DNA of 64,000 nucleotides from Octopus vulgaris (taxonomy: Eukaryota). Made by a program: the position numbers and the translations under genes. Location of the stretch: positions 130,510,001-130,574,000 of the forward strand of contig OX597815.1 of NCBI GenBank assembly GCA_951406725.2, in the 5' to 3' direction. The notes beneath the pieces were generated by a model. That model did not search any database. It had not been told where the DNA came from and saw only the letters and a list, made by a program, of their open reading frames with translations. Shown piece after piece: positions 48,386 to 61,900 of this stretch; the stretch's first letter is position 1, and the number at the start of each line of letters is the position of its first letter.

Positions 48386-49360
48386 CTAAAAGGAAGAAAG
48401 GAAATATGAATATTACAAATAAGTTGCATAAAATGACATTCTAGGGGCATGGAATAAACAAATCCCTGACTTGAAAAATAGGTAAGGATTGGCAACAGGA
48501 AGCTCAACTGGCTGTAAAATCCTGCCTCAACTCTCCATGGAAACTACGTTAGGATGGAAAAATAGGTTCTAAACAAATGATATTTGGTTTGCAAGATTCT
48601 TTATGTGAATTTGTGTTGAAATAAATTTTGTTGTTTAGGGAGAGTCATTATACCAATATAATTAACACACACACTGGTTCAGTTCCATTAATTTATTAAA
48701 TATCTGATTGTTTTGTTTTTGTTAGTCAAAGCTCTTTTGTGACTAAATGTGCACACATTGGGTTTCTTTCAGTTACCATTTACCATATCCACTCACAGGG
48801 CTTTGGTTGGCCTGGGGCTATAGCAGAAGATGCTTGCCCAAGATGCCACACAGTGGGACTGAGCCTAAAGACAGGTCTCAGTCAATAGTCACTGAGAAGG
48901 TTGCAAGAAGCAGCAAAGGAACTTTGACAAACAGTCGGAATTTTAATAAATGAGTGGATTTGAATCAGTGTGTGTTAATTATATTGGAATAATGACTCTC
49001 CCTAAACACAACAAATTGATATATAGCTCTGTGATAAGAAGTTTACTTCCCAGCCACATGTTTTCAGGTTCAGTCCCACTATGTAACACCTTGGGCAAGT
49101 ATCTTCTGCTATAGCCCCAGACAAACCAAAACCTTGTGAGTGGATTTGGTAGATGAAAACTGGGAGAAACCCAATGTGCACATGTGTTCTTTTATTTGTT
49201 TCAGTCATTTGAATGTGGCCGTGCTCGAGCACTGCCTTCATCAACTTGTTCTTTGTAAGCCTAATACTTATTCTATCGATCTCTTTTGCCAAACTGTTAA
49301 ATTACGGGGATGTAAACACACTAGCATCGGTTGTCAAGCGATGGTAGGAGGGACAAACAT

Positions 49361-49405
<45 letters not shown>

Positions 49406-50930
49406 ACGGGCTTCTTTAAGTTTCCGTCTACCAAATCCTCTCACAAAGCTTTGGTCTGCCCGAGGCTATAGTAGAAGACACTTGCTCAAGGTGCCATGCA
49501 GTGGAACTGAACCTGGAACCATGTGATTGGTAAGCAAGCTACTTGCCATGTGTGTATTTGTATCTCTCTGTCTCAACATTGCATGATAGATGTAAAATGA
49601 CTGGAATTGTCATACAAACATCATCATTCTTTTCACATATTCTGCAAGAACAAGTCTGCGCATGGAGTAATACTAACTTGGCTTTGAAGCAGGTAAGGAT
49701 TGGCGACAGAAGGGCCTCTGGTCATAGAAAACCTGCCTCAATAAAGCTCTCTCCTTGCCCCTTGAAAGCATGGAAAAGTGGATGTTAAAATGACGATTTT
49801 TGTCTAATTTAGGGATCACATATTTGCTGATGAAGAATATTTAATGTTATCAGCATCAACATTTAGCATCGGCTTTCTATAGTGCCATGGGTTAGATGAT
49901 CTGACTGCACCAGGTTCCAGTCTGATTTGACATGGTCTTTACAGCTGGATGTCCTTCCTAGCACCAACTACTCCAAGGGTGTAATGGGTGCTTTTTACAG
50001 GCCACCTGCATGGGTGCTATTTGCATGACACTGGTAACAGCCATGGCTATGATTTCACTTGGCTTGATGAGTCTTCTGAAGTGCAGCATATTGTCAACGG
50101 TCTCAGTCACTTGTTGCCTCCGTGAGGTCCAATGTAATATATATATATATCCATAGTTGTCAACTCATTAATCATGACTTTTCCCAAACAGCAACACTGA
50201 CAGAGTACATATGTATATGGGTTACTAAACTAGTTAAAACTAGCAACATCCAAGCACACAAGCAATACACAAAAAGACTTTAATGTAGAATAGTTAAGAA
50301 TGAAATTACAAAAGAACATAAAAGGACAGTAAGACATAGCAAAGCAGACAACACAGACTGTTGACAATGCATTGAGAAACTGATGTTAAATAATGATGGA
50401 AATATATACCTTCAGAGACTCAAATTTTGACACTCTTTTTGCTAAAAGTGGCCAAACGTTTTTATCAAAATATCCATAATCTACATCAAGATTGTCAGTT
50501 GATGGTTCTTCTTCCTGAAAATCAGAAGAGAAAAGAATTATTTAAAATACAATAAATATTATTTTCTATTTGCTTACTTTGTTTCATTAAATTCAGCCAT
50601 AACTATAGTAAATATTAGTTGGGTTTTTTTTAACCCTTTTACAGCAGATGTCAGATATATCAACTCAAAATTTGATTACTTTTAACTGCACAAAGCAGTT
50701 TTATATACCAAGCTCTCTCTTTTACTGAGAAATATCATACTTAGAACTATTTTTTGTTGAGATATGTCAAGTTTAAGGAGGCAATGTGACCCGTAGAAAA
50801 TACTAATTCTATTTCTTTTGATAGATATTTAAAATCCTTTACTGGAAAACCCATGATATTTAAAATAAGCACAGGACTCTAAATTTTAGGAAGAGACAAA
50901 GGGTTAGCCAACTAAACTGACACCCAGTAC

Positions 50931-50968
<38 letters not shown>

Positions 50969-53900
50969 GTACAATGGGCTTCCATACAGTTTTCATCCAC
51001 CAAGTTCACTCACAAGGCATTGGTCAGCCCAGGATTATAGTAGGCTTGTGATATCTATTGTGGCTCTGTGTGTTTGTTCCAAGTTCAAATTCTGCATCCT
51101 GTCAATAGAAACAGTGACCCTTTTCCTGTCAGGAGTTGACAACCTGACCAGGAGAAAGAAAACCATGAAATTAGATGCACCCCCAGCAGACTGGCAAGTC
51201 ATAAGGTGTATTTCTTTCTTTGTTTTTATGTCTAGTTTTCCATGCCGACATGGGTTAAACAAATTATGTCCTGCCTGTTGCTAATTCTTATTTATATTTC
51301 TTGTAAGGGATGTCATATTTCTTATATGTCTTCAGAGGCACAAAGCCAGTAGATGATCTATTGACAACCACATCAGTATCTGTAGTTGAGCAATTTTCTG
51401 AGGAGTGCAGATGTAAACACAGTAACACACACACACAGATATATATATGATGAGTTTCTTTTAATTTTCATCTGCCAAATCCACTCACAAAGCTTTTTAT
51501 TGTAGAAGAGACTTGCCTAAGGAGCCATGCAGTAGGACTGAACCTGAAACCATATGGTTGGGAACTGAAGCCCCTAATCACGTGGTGAACATGTTCATGG
51601 GAAGATTTGTAATCTGTAAATTTGTGAAGAAGTGACTAAAGGGTGATATGGTTTCAACCAGTGGTTCTCAACCCATTTTTTTTCTAGAGGTGCTTTGATT
51701 CCTATTTTACTTGGATGGACCCTCATAGCTATCACGATGTTTTAAGAAACCCTATTATAATTTTATAATTGAATATTAGAAATTACATACAAAAAAAAAA
51801 TCATTAAAACATTTAATGTGTTGTAGAAGTATAACTGATTTACTATACATAAATTTTAACAACAAAATCTTATATGGACCCTTAGGTATCCATATAAACT
51901 ACTGATTTAAACAAACTAAATAGAGAGAGAGGGAGATGGATACATATATATACATGAAGAATTTCATGACTGGTATATTACAAATGAACTCACTTCTGTT
52001 GGCGACATTCCACAAATATAATGTCCACCAAATCCTTCTCGTCGAAAATACATTTTGGTTGGATCTATGACAAATGGAGAATCAACACCGGGGCCTTTTG
52101 GACAATGGACTACATAAACATAGCGTTTTCTGGAAAATTACAAATAGATGAGTAAATAAATAGTTCAAAATACTTATAAAAATAACTAGTAGTATTATGA
52201 GATGAACTTATTTCTTGAAGTTTACACCACATTTCATGGAAATAGTATCTCAAATTGTATTATCTCTTAATGACAATGGAAAGTCTGTGTTAGGCTGTCA
52301 TGTATTGCAAATGGATGATATATTAGTGAATTAAAACTGAATATAAACACATACGTATATACATGCATTCACACACACACATATATACACCCACTCACAT
52401 TATATATTTATATATATATACACACTGGAACACACACACATGTAGTACCAACTTCCTTTTTACACCAAGCCTGAAATGTAAACAGTTGTAAATTTGCTAA
52501 CATTTCTATTGTTTTTTCTCTTCTCTCTTTTATTGCTTTTATTTCTCTTTGACAAAGGATATAACCTAAAACTTTAGATCCTCTTCTGGTCTTTTCATTT
52601 GGATTTGGTCATTCAACCAGTCAATGACACCTGCATGCCATTGGGAAAGTCAGTAAATTAGGCCAATGGGTAGACTCACAAACTTTTTGAGTCTAAGCAC
52701 ATGCAGAGAGTGAATGTGTGCTCTTTGCTGTCACATCACATGAATGACTCTGTTTTGGACTGAATAGTGACGAGAAATGGGTTCTCTATAAAAATGTCAA
52801 GTGCCAAAGACAGTGGGTAGGGAAAGGAGAAACAACAGCACCCCAGGCTAAAGAAGTTTCCACCCATGTAAGGTGTTGTTATCTGTTTGGTGGGATATGA
52901 AAGGTTTAGTCCACTTTGAACTTTTAAACTCAAACCAAATGATAACAAAGGAGATCTACTTTGAGCAGCTTAAGTCAGCACTAGAAGAAAAATGACCATC
53001 TTTGGTTTCAAGACAAAAGGTGTTCTTCCATCAGGATAATGGTCATCTACATACAGTGAGAATAACATTCCAAAGGCTGTAGCAGTTTGAATGGGAAATG
53101 ATGCCCCACCCATCATATTTGCCAGACATTCTCCCAACTGAATATCATTTATTTTGCAGTCTTCAAAATCATTTGGATGGGAAAAATATGAATTCTGTAG
53201 ACAAGGTCAGAACAGTACTGAAGGAGTATTTTTCATCACAGACAGGTGAATTTTGGAAGAGAGGCCTTGCAAGTCTACCAAAGAGATGGAAGAGCATTGT
53301 AGAAAATGAAAGCAAGCATATTTTAGATAAAAAAAGAATTCTATTTATCTTAATTTTGAAAAATAAAAGTATAAAAAACTGCATTATTTATGGGATGATC
53401 CAGTGTATATATTTGTGTGTGTGTACATACACCATCTTCATTTAACATTTAAAATTTTCCATTCTAGTATGGGTTGGACGGTTTGACAGAGGCTGGCAAG
53501 CCAGAGAACTGCAACAATCTTTACTTTCTACTTTGGAATGGTATTTATGGCAGGATGCCCTTCCTAATGCCAACCACTTTACAGAGTGGCTAGGATACTT
53601 ACTGAAGTAAGACCATCAAGTAACTTACAAGACAAGACCCCTCGGCTGAGGGAAGAGTAGTATCAAGGGAGGTGTCATTTTGCTAGGTGACAAAAGGTTT
53701 AAGTATGAATAGAGGGAAATAAATAGGGGTCTTGCATTAAAAGAAATCCATGGTTACCTCAGTAGGAGAGAGGAAAGAGAGAGCGTGAGAAGGGAGAGAA
53801 GATGAAAAAAATATGATGGGCGTGGGGATGGAATGGGAGGCTGTACACTGAAGTTACAGGGAGTTGTATGTAAGTGAAGTGGAACCAAGGATTGGATAGT

Positions 53901-55729
53901 GTGAACGGGTGGGGAAGTTTGCAAGATTGCAAAAGGAAAGTCTGAAGCAGAGGGGAAGGAATGGATACAAATAAATTAAGGGGTTATCAGGAGGAAATGT
54001 TGCATGGAAGAGATTCAATCCAGAGCCAAACACACACACGCACATATGTATGTATGTATATGACTACTATATTACCTGGGTTCCACAGGCAAAGGCACAG
54101 ACAAAATGTCTTTACCATGTCCAATCCCTGCCATTTCTGCCACCTCTCCAGCCCAAGGTCCAGCACAATTAACCACAATGGCAAACTTTGTGTGGTAAAT
54201 TCCATCATCACTTTTTATCTGTAGGAGAAAAATAAAAGTAACAGACATTAGGTCAAACATCACCTCTGCAGAATCTGTAATGGAAATTTTAAGAACCCTA
54301 ATCTTAACCTGGAATGAAAGGGTCTTAAAGTTAACTCAGCAGAGAATAACATTCTAGTAAGCAGGAAACCAGACAGGACTCTACTTCCATCATGTAAATA
54401 GCCCTGCTTGATATGTAGTAAATGTGTGGGCAGGAACTCCATATGGAGAACCCAGTGCAAGTTATGGAGACAAAAGTGGTACTACTGGTTAGTATCATAA
54501 AGGAGTGGGTACTAGTAAGGGTTGCAGAACAAGAAATACCAGTTAGTATTCTAAAACAAGAGGTAACTATTGATCACTGAATGGTAAAAGGTACCAGCTA
54601 GCTAGTTAGTATTATAAAACAAAAGATACTATGAGTTCTGTGGGTAAGAAATACTAGTTAATTCTGCTGGGATAGATGAACAACAAAGTGCTGTATAATA
54701 TGAGGTACTGAATTGCTTTGCCTTGGACCAATAACTCCTGGTGGGGCCATAGGGACACTGTCTTAAGGTGTTTCGTTTTTTAAGACTTGGAGGAGCTCAT
54801 CCTTCTCCATGTCTGACCACAGCTGATTTCTTCCAGAAGTGAGAGAGAGGTGGATGTATGGGGGTGAGGAAATCGTCCCAATACATCAGAGGTAGTTTAC
54901 TTATTGACTCAGAAAAGAAACAAAAGGCAAAGTTGACCTCACTGGGATTTGAACTAAGAGCACAGAGATCCTGAATGATTACCACAAAGTGATCAATCTG
55001 ATGGGCTAACAACTCTGCCAACTGGCCCCCTATGAGGTACTGGTTAATACTGTAGAACAAGAAAAGAGAAAAATGAATGGAAAAATTAACCTCAGTCAGA
55101 TTTAAACTCTGAGTGCAAAGAGCCAAAATGATTAACACAAACCAATCTAACTGATGCTTTATTGGCTTCCCATAAGGGCAACAGGTTAATACTAGCTACT
55201 GGTTAGCCTTATGGAGTCTGAGTTGAAGGTGGCAAGCTGACAGAATCATTAGCATACTAGACAAAATGCTTAATGACATTTCTTCCAGCTTTATGTTCTG
55301 GGTTCAAATTCTGCCAAGGTTGACTTTACCTTTCATCCTTTCAGGATCATCGTCACCATCATTTAATGTTCATTGTTCATGCTGGCATAGGTTGGACAGT
55401 TTGACTGGGCTGGCATGCTGGAAGGCTGCACCAGACTCCAGTGATTTGGCATGGTTTTCTATGGCTGGATGCCCTTCCTAATGCCAGCCACTCCAAGAGT
55501 GTCAATTTGCATGACACTGGTATCTGCTATGACTGTGATTCTGCTCAGCTTGATGGGTCCTCCTCCCAAACATGACATAATGTCAAAGGTCTTAGTCATT
55601 GCCTCCTTGAGGCCAAACACTGGAAAGGAACCCTGCTACTTTGCCTGGAGTCAATGTAACCGACTAGCGCCCTCCTCCCAAATTTCAGGCCTTCCCCCAA
55701 AATTTTTAAAGCCTTGTGCCTAAAGTAGA

Positions 55730-55770
<41 letters not shown>

Positions 55771-56835
55771 CTGAGCAAGTATAAAGATCTTGGAATATCT
55801 TAGAAATTAGCAAAATGTGAAACCTGTTGTCATAGGTGCCCTGGGAATGATAGCAAAAGGGGCTGATGGCTACCTAGCTCAGATACCAGGAAACCCCAAA
55901 TGGCAGAAATTCAAAAGATAGTGCTTATGGGATAATTCACCTTTGGAAACATGGGTGGTTCATTCAACATCCTTAATCCTTATTCAGGGACATTTTAAGC
56001 AGGATGGCCTACTCGACCTGAAGAAAATTCTAACTGAGCACCACCTGCAAGGTCATGCGCTGTTTATCTTGATATGAGATCACCATGTTGCGCACACAGG
56101 GTTGTGATGCATGTGCCTGGTGTACCCTTATCAGACAGGTAGTCATGATGGGTATACTGGGCTTCGTATATTTTACTCCAGTGTCACTTTGATGACATGC
56201 ACTACTCTCTCACTCAATAATACTTATTATTATTATTATTGATTTATTATTGTCATATGTTTCTCCCAAGCTCATCTTTTGCTTTTCATCCATTTGGGAT
56301 TGATAAATTAAGTACCAGTTGAGCATTGAGTCTGATGTAATCAACTAGCCAAAATTTTAGGCCTTGTGCTTAAAGTAGAAAAGATTATAAAATATGATTT
56401 GAATTCCTGATGAATGAAACCCATGTTTCTGCATTGACTTTTCACTTTAGCTTTGCTACAAATGCTCAAGGAAAAAGAATGAACATCACCAGTTCACATT
56501 TCATCTCTCTTAAAATGTAGATCCTTTTCTTGTAATAATGGAAAAGAAACCAGCATATAATTTACCTGTACACAGTCTAACTTATTTTTTGTTACAAGAC
56601 CTTCACTGCTATGTTCAACATATGATGTCAGATCAAATCCAATGGCTTCACCAGTGACATATCTTACACCAAGAGATAAATTTTTTTGTTTCAGAGCTCG
56701 TATTAAAGTCCATGAATCAAACCAGCCTTCACCTTCAAGTCCTGAAAATAAAAGAAGAATAAGATAAACTCAATACTGAACAACAACAACAGCAGCACCA
56801 GCACCGCCACCACCACCACCACAACCACCACCACC

Positions 56836-56882
<47 letters not shown>

Positions 56883-57153
56883 TGAAATGGATAAATGAAT
56901 TATCTTGTTACGGATTATTCAAAATTTAACCGATACCTGGGTAGCAAAAATCACAACAGAAAAAAACACAGTTGAGGTTACCACCATGGGGTGTCGCAAC
57001 CGTGCCTTAGCGCGGATAATTGAAGTTTTATATATTTAGTGAAGGAAGAAATGGAGCTGAACGAAGATTCTACAAAATTCCTTTTTATTATTAGAAAATA
57101 ATAAAAAGGAATTTTGTAGAATCTTCGTTCAGCTCCATTTCTTCCTTCACTAA

Positions 57154-57187
<34 letters not shown>

Positions 57188-58028
57188 ACACATATATATA
57201 TAAAGGGGGTAGAGAGAGGGAAAGAGAGAGATAGATAGATAGATAGAGCGAAAGAGAAAGAGAGAGACAGACAGATTGATAGAGAAAATGAAAGAAAGGG
57301 AAAAGAGAGAATAGGCGATAAAAGGGGGGAAAGAGTGGGAGAAGAGAAAGATAGATAGATAGAGTGAGAGAGAGCAGGAACAAAGAGCAACGAGCTCTAT
57401 ACGTGGCCATTATATATGAAAAACAAACTAACTTGGCTTATCAGTTGACTTAATGGGTGGAGGTAGTGATTTTAATGAGAGACAGAGAAACCATTAACGG
57501 TTACACTTGACTAAGATAGACTATTGAATGTCAACAATGGAAAGTTAAACAACAAATCTTATGTTAAACCAAATAAAATTATTTGACCAATGGATTGGTG
57601 TATATATATATATGACGGGGTGCTGAAAAATTCCTGACTTTAAAGGTATCGTAAAAGGCCTGGTTGGAGGCTCAACCTTTCAAGTTGTTTTACACAGCTT
57701 AGAAAAACAGAAGGACTACTGCAATAAGTGTGTGAATCTGAGAGGGGAATGTGTTGGATAAAATCATAAATTAATTGACCCTCCTGTATTTTCTTTTACC
57801 CAAAGCTAGGAACTTATCAGCACCCACTTGTGTGTGTGTGTGTGTGTGTAATAGGTGCAGGAGTGGGTGTGTGGTAAGTAGCTTGCTTACCAGCCACATG
57901 GTACCGGGTTCAGTCCCACTGCATAGCACCTTGGGCAAGTGTTCTCTACAACAGCCTTGGGCCGACCAAAGCCTTGTGGATTTGGTAGGCGGAAACTGAA
58001 AGAAGCCCATCGTATGTATGTATGTATG

Positions 58029-58059
<31 letters not shown>

Positions 58060-58876
58060 ATATTTGTGTGTCTGTGTTTGTCTGCCTCACCATCGCTTGA
58101 CAACCAATGTTGGTGTGTTTACATCCCTGTAACTTGGCAGTTTAGCAAAAGAGATCAATAGAATAAGTACTAGGCTACCAAAAGAATAAGTCCTGGGGTT
58201 GATTTGTTCTACTAAAGCTGGTGCTCCAGCATAGCCACAGTCAAATGACTGAAACAAATAAAAGAATACAAAATACACACATACACAAAATAATATAAAC
58301 AAAAATAACAAAAACATGTAGTTACCATATGAGGCCAGTTCAATTCCATTTATATTAAGCCAAGGAAATTTTTTGGCCAGAAGATCACGACTCAGTAGTT
58401 CAATTTTGGCACCATTTTCTCTGTTAACAGAAAAGGCAGAATTTTTAATTTATTCAAAAACCAGAAGCAGATTTTATACAGATGAGGTAATTATGTGGCA
58501 TCTTGGACAAGTGTCTTCTATGTAATCAGACATGTTTTCACTGAAGATTGCTTGATGAGGAGAGCGTTATTGAACACCTTGTGAGATGAAAAATAAAACC
58601 CGTCAAAGGGCGGATATATATACATATATATGCGTATACATGTACATGGTAAACATATTTATATATTCTGTATATTCCAAAAGCATCCTAATTTAATCCT
58701 TATTATCCTCTGAAAACCCCAACAATTTTCCTCATAAGGTATTTAAAATGCAAAAGTATATTTTTATATATCTTTCGTAATTTTAATCTTATTTGAGAAA
58801 TGAAACAATTGTTGGTTAATATGCTGATTAATTAATAAATTAATTTGTATCCATTAGATCTTTGTTTTCTAACTCA

Positions 58877-58913
<37 letters not shown>

Positions 58914-61900
58914 AATGTAACATATGGTATAATTAGAAACAGGGCAAATTTTTAGCCATTCCTCTGCAGACTGAAAAAAATGATGAACAACCTTAATCGA
59001 TTTTCGAACCTTATTAGGCTCTCATCAGGTATCTATATCATTCTGACAGTCTCCAGAGGAACAAGCAGCCAAACTGTTTATATACTCAACAAATGCAGCA
59101 GTTACTCTATGATGGAGTCCCTAATTTGCATACCAAAAGTGTTTAACACTCTATAAATACCAGCAGCTGTCAACAGGGAGCTTAGTCCACACAGTATCAA
59201 GGTATGATATAATAAATATGTAACATATGGTATAATTATTGGTGCCACATACAAAGCACATGTGATAGTGCCATGTAAAAGCACCTGTGTGGTGCAATGT
59301 GAAAGCACTCGTGTAGTGCCATATGTGTCCAAGTGGCACCATGTAAAAGCGACACAGCACACCCTGTAAAGTAGTTGGCATTAGGAAGGGCATCCAGCCA
59401 TAGAAGCCATGCCACAACAGACAACTGGAGTCTAGTGCAGCTCCCCAGTTTGCCAGCTTTGGTCAAACTGTCCAACCTATGTCAGCTTCGACAAGGGACG
59501 TTAAATGGGGATGATATCTATCTATCTATATATATATATATATATATAGTGAGTGTGTGTGTGCCTTTGTGTCTGTGTTTGGTCCCCATCACCGCTTGAC
59601 AGCTAATGCTGATGTGTTTACGTGTAAATTAGAAGTACAGCAAAAGAGACAGACAGAATAAATACTAGGCTTTACAAAAAAATAACTAGTCCTGGGATCA
59701 ATTCATTTAGCTGAAATTCTTCAAGGTGGTGCCGCAGTATGGCCACAGTCTAATAACTGAAACAAATAAAAGAAAAAAAAAGCTCCAGGTCAGCCTCGAT
59801 CGAGCAAATCCATGGCTGAAGCTGTTCCAGCTTTGACCATCCTGTTTTTATTCTTCAGTCATTGCAATCGTGACAGCTTGGCTTGATAAATAAGCTTGTT
59901 CACACCAAATGCAGGTTGTATTTAATGTGAACAGCTAGCAGACAATTTGTTGGTAGGATATATCAGCAAATGTCACAGGTTACACCAACCCATAAACAGT
60001 GACAGAGCTATTACTATCACAGTTCATTGCAGATCATAAGAATTCACACAGATACACATACATACATGCATGTGCACACACACATAGTTTCCATCAATCA
60101 AATTTCATCATAATTGATTGGCTGGTCTGGAGTTGTAATAGGAGGTGCTACTTCATTACTTAATCATTGATCACAACACAAAGGAAAATATTAATTTTAA
60201 AGCAGAATTTGTTTTGACACCAATCTGCTCTGTTCTAATATAATAAAATCATTTATCTTGAAGTGTTCATAAATACTTCATTTTTGCATCTGCTCTGCAA
60301 GATTCTTTATGTGAATTCCTATGTAGAAACAAATGTTGTTGTGTCTATGGAGATTCATTATTTTTTCTTTTTCTTTTCTTCTGTTCTAACTAGAATATTG
60401 ATGTCATCCACATACATACAGTGTGTATTAGTAATATTGGTATAATGAGTCTCCTTAGACACAACAGAATGTTATATAATTTACTAGCAGTATAGCCCAG
60501 TGTTGCACAGGATTAAGTTAGGATTATTAAGCTGATCAAACGCTTTGTTTCAAACCAAACTAAGTAACACCGACATCAAATTTGAGTGAAATTTGTTGAA
60601 ATTGGTAAACATTTAGCTGAAAATAGGTTACAGACAATTTGATTGAGGAATCCATAAGGAATCGTTTTATCAATTTTTCCACTCATCATCATCATCATCA
60701 TCGTTTAACGTCCGTTTTCCATGCTAGCATGGGTTGGATGGCTCCAGTCTGATCTGGCAGTGTTTCTACAGCTGGATGCCCTTCCTAATGCCAACCACTC
60801 AGTGAGTGTAGTGGGTGCTTTTCATGTGCCACCAGCACATCGACCAGAGGAGGCTGGCAATGGCCACGATTGGTTGGTGCATTTTACGTGCCACCGGCAT
60901 GAAAGCCAGTCAAGGTGGCGCTGGCATCGGCCATGTTCGGATGTTGGTTTTTACGTGCCCCCGGCACGGGTATCACAACTACAATTTCCATTTTGATGTT
61001 GATGTACTTGACTCAATAGGTCACCTCAAGCATAGCAAGTTGCCCTACGATCCAAGGTACTTTTGAATGGGCTGGGGCTGGTTATGCGAAACTGGTGTAA
61101 GATACAGCCGTGACTCACTTTATTTGCTGGGTCTTCGCAGTCACAGCATATCGCCAGAGGTCTTGGTCTTTCGACATTACCTCTGTGAGGCCAACGTTCA
61201 AAGGTCATGCTTGACCACCTCATAAAATGTCTTCCTGGATCTACCGCTACCCCGGATTCCTTCAACTGTTTGGGAGTGGCACTTCTTCACACAGTTCTCC
61301 TCATCCATCCATAGTACATGACCATACCAGCGCAAATGTCTCTCTTGCATGCCACATCTGATGCTTCTTATGTCCAACATTTCTCTCAAGGCGCTTACAC
61401 TCTGTCGTGTGTGCACACTGACATTACACATCCAGCAGATCATGCTAGCTTCATTTCTTTCAAGCTTACGTATGTCCTCCGCAGTCACAGCCCATGTTTC
61501 ACTGCCATGAAGCATGGCAGTTCACACACATAGATTGTTTTTTTGTGGGGGAGAATTTAAAGCATTCAAAGATATGATGCATTAAAGCATTCAAAGATAT
61601 GAAGTAATGCCAGCATCAAGTTTGAACAAAACAAGTCAAAACTGGTTAAACTATATTCCCGTACACACACACACACATCCTGCCTTTTATAGATATACAG
61701 ATATATAAATTTAAAAATATAATGTATATAAATTAAAATTTCTCACTATAATTTTGTGAGAATCGTTCATGAAGTTATGTTCCAAACACAAGCCTCTATA
61801 GTTTTAAAATTAGTTATTGTAATTAAATCTCTGTAAATTCTTGACTATTTTCAAAGATAATTCAAACCATGTATGTAGTTTGAATTGATACAAAATAATG

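Noticed and set aside
53098-53445. Functional transposase / SETMAR-like gene
   Set aside because: Only a C-terminal fragment with degenerate motifs and upstream stops; a fossil.
54480-54720. Degenerate GGTACTAGTTAGTATT-like repeats
   Set aside because: Looks like a decayed minisatellite; unit too irregular to define or interpret.
58533-58592. CTGAAGA flanked by TTTTCA/TGAAAA (hammerhead-like)
   Set aside because: No GAAA core, no clear stem II, no UH site.
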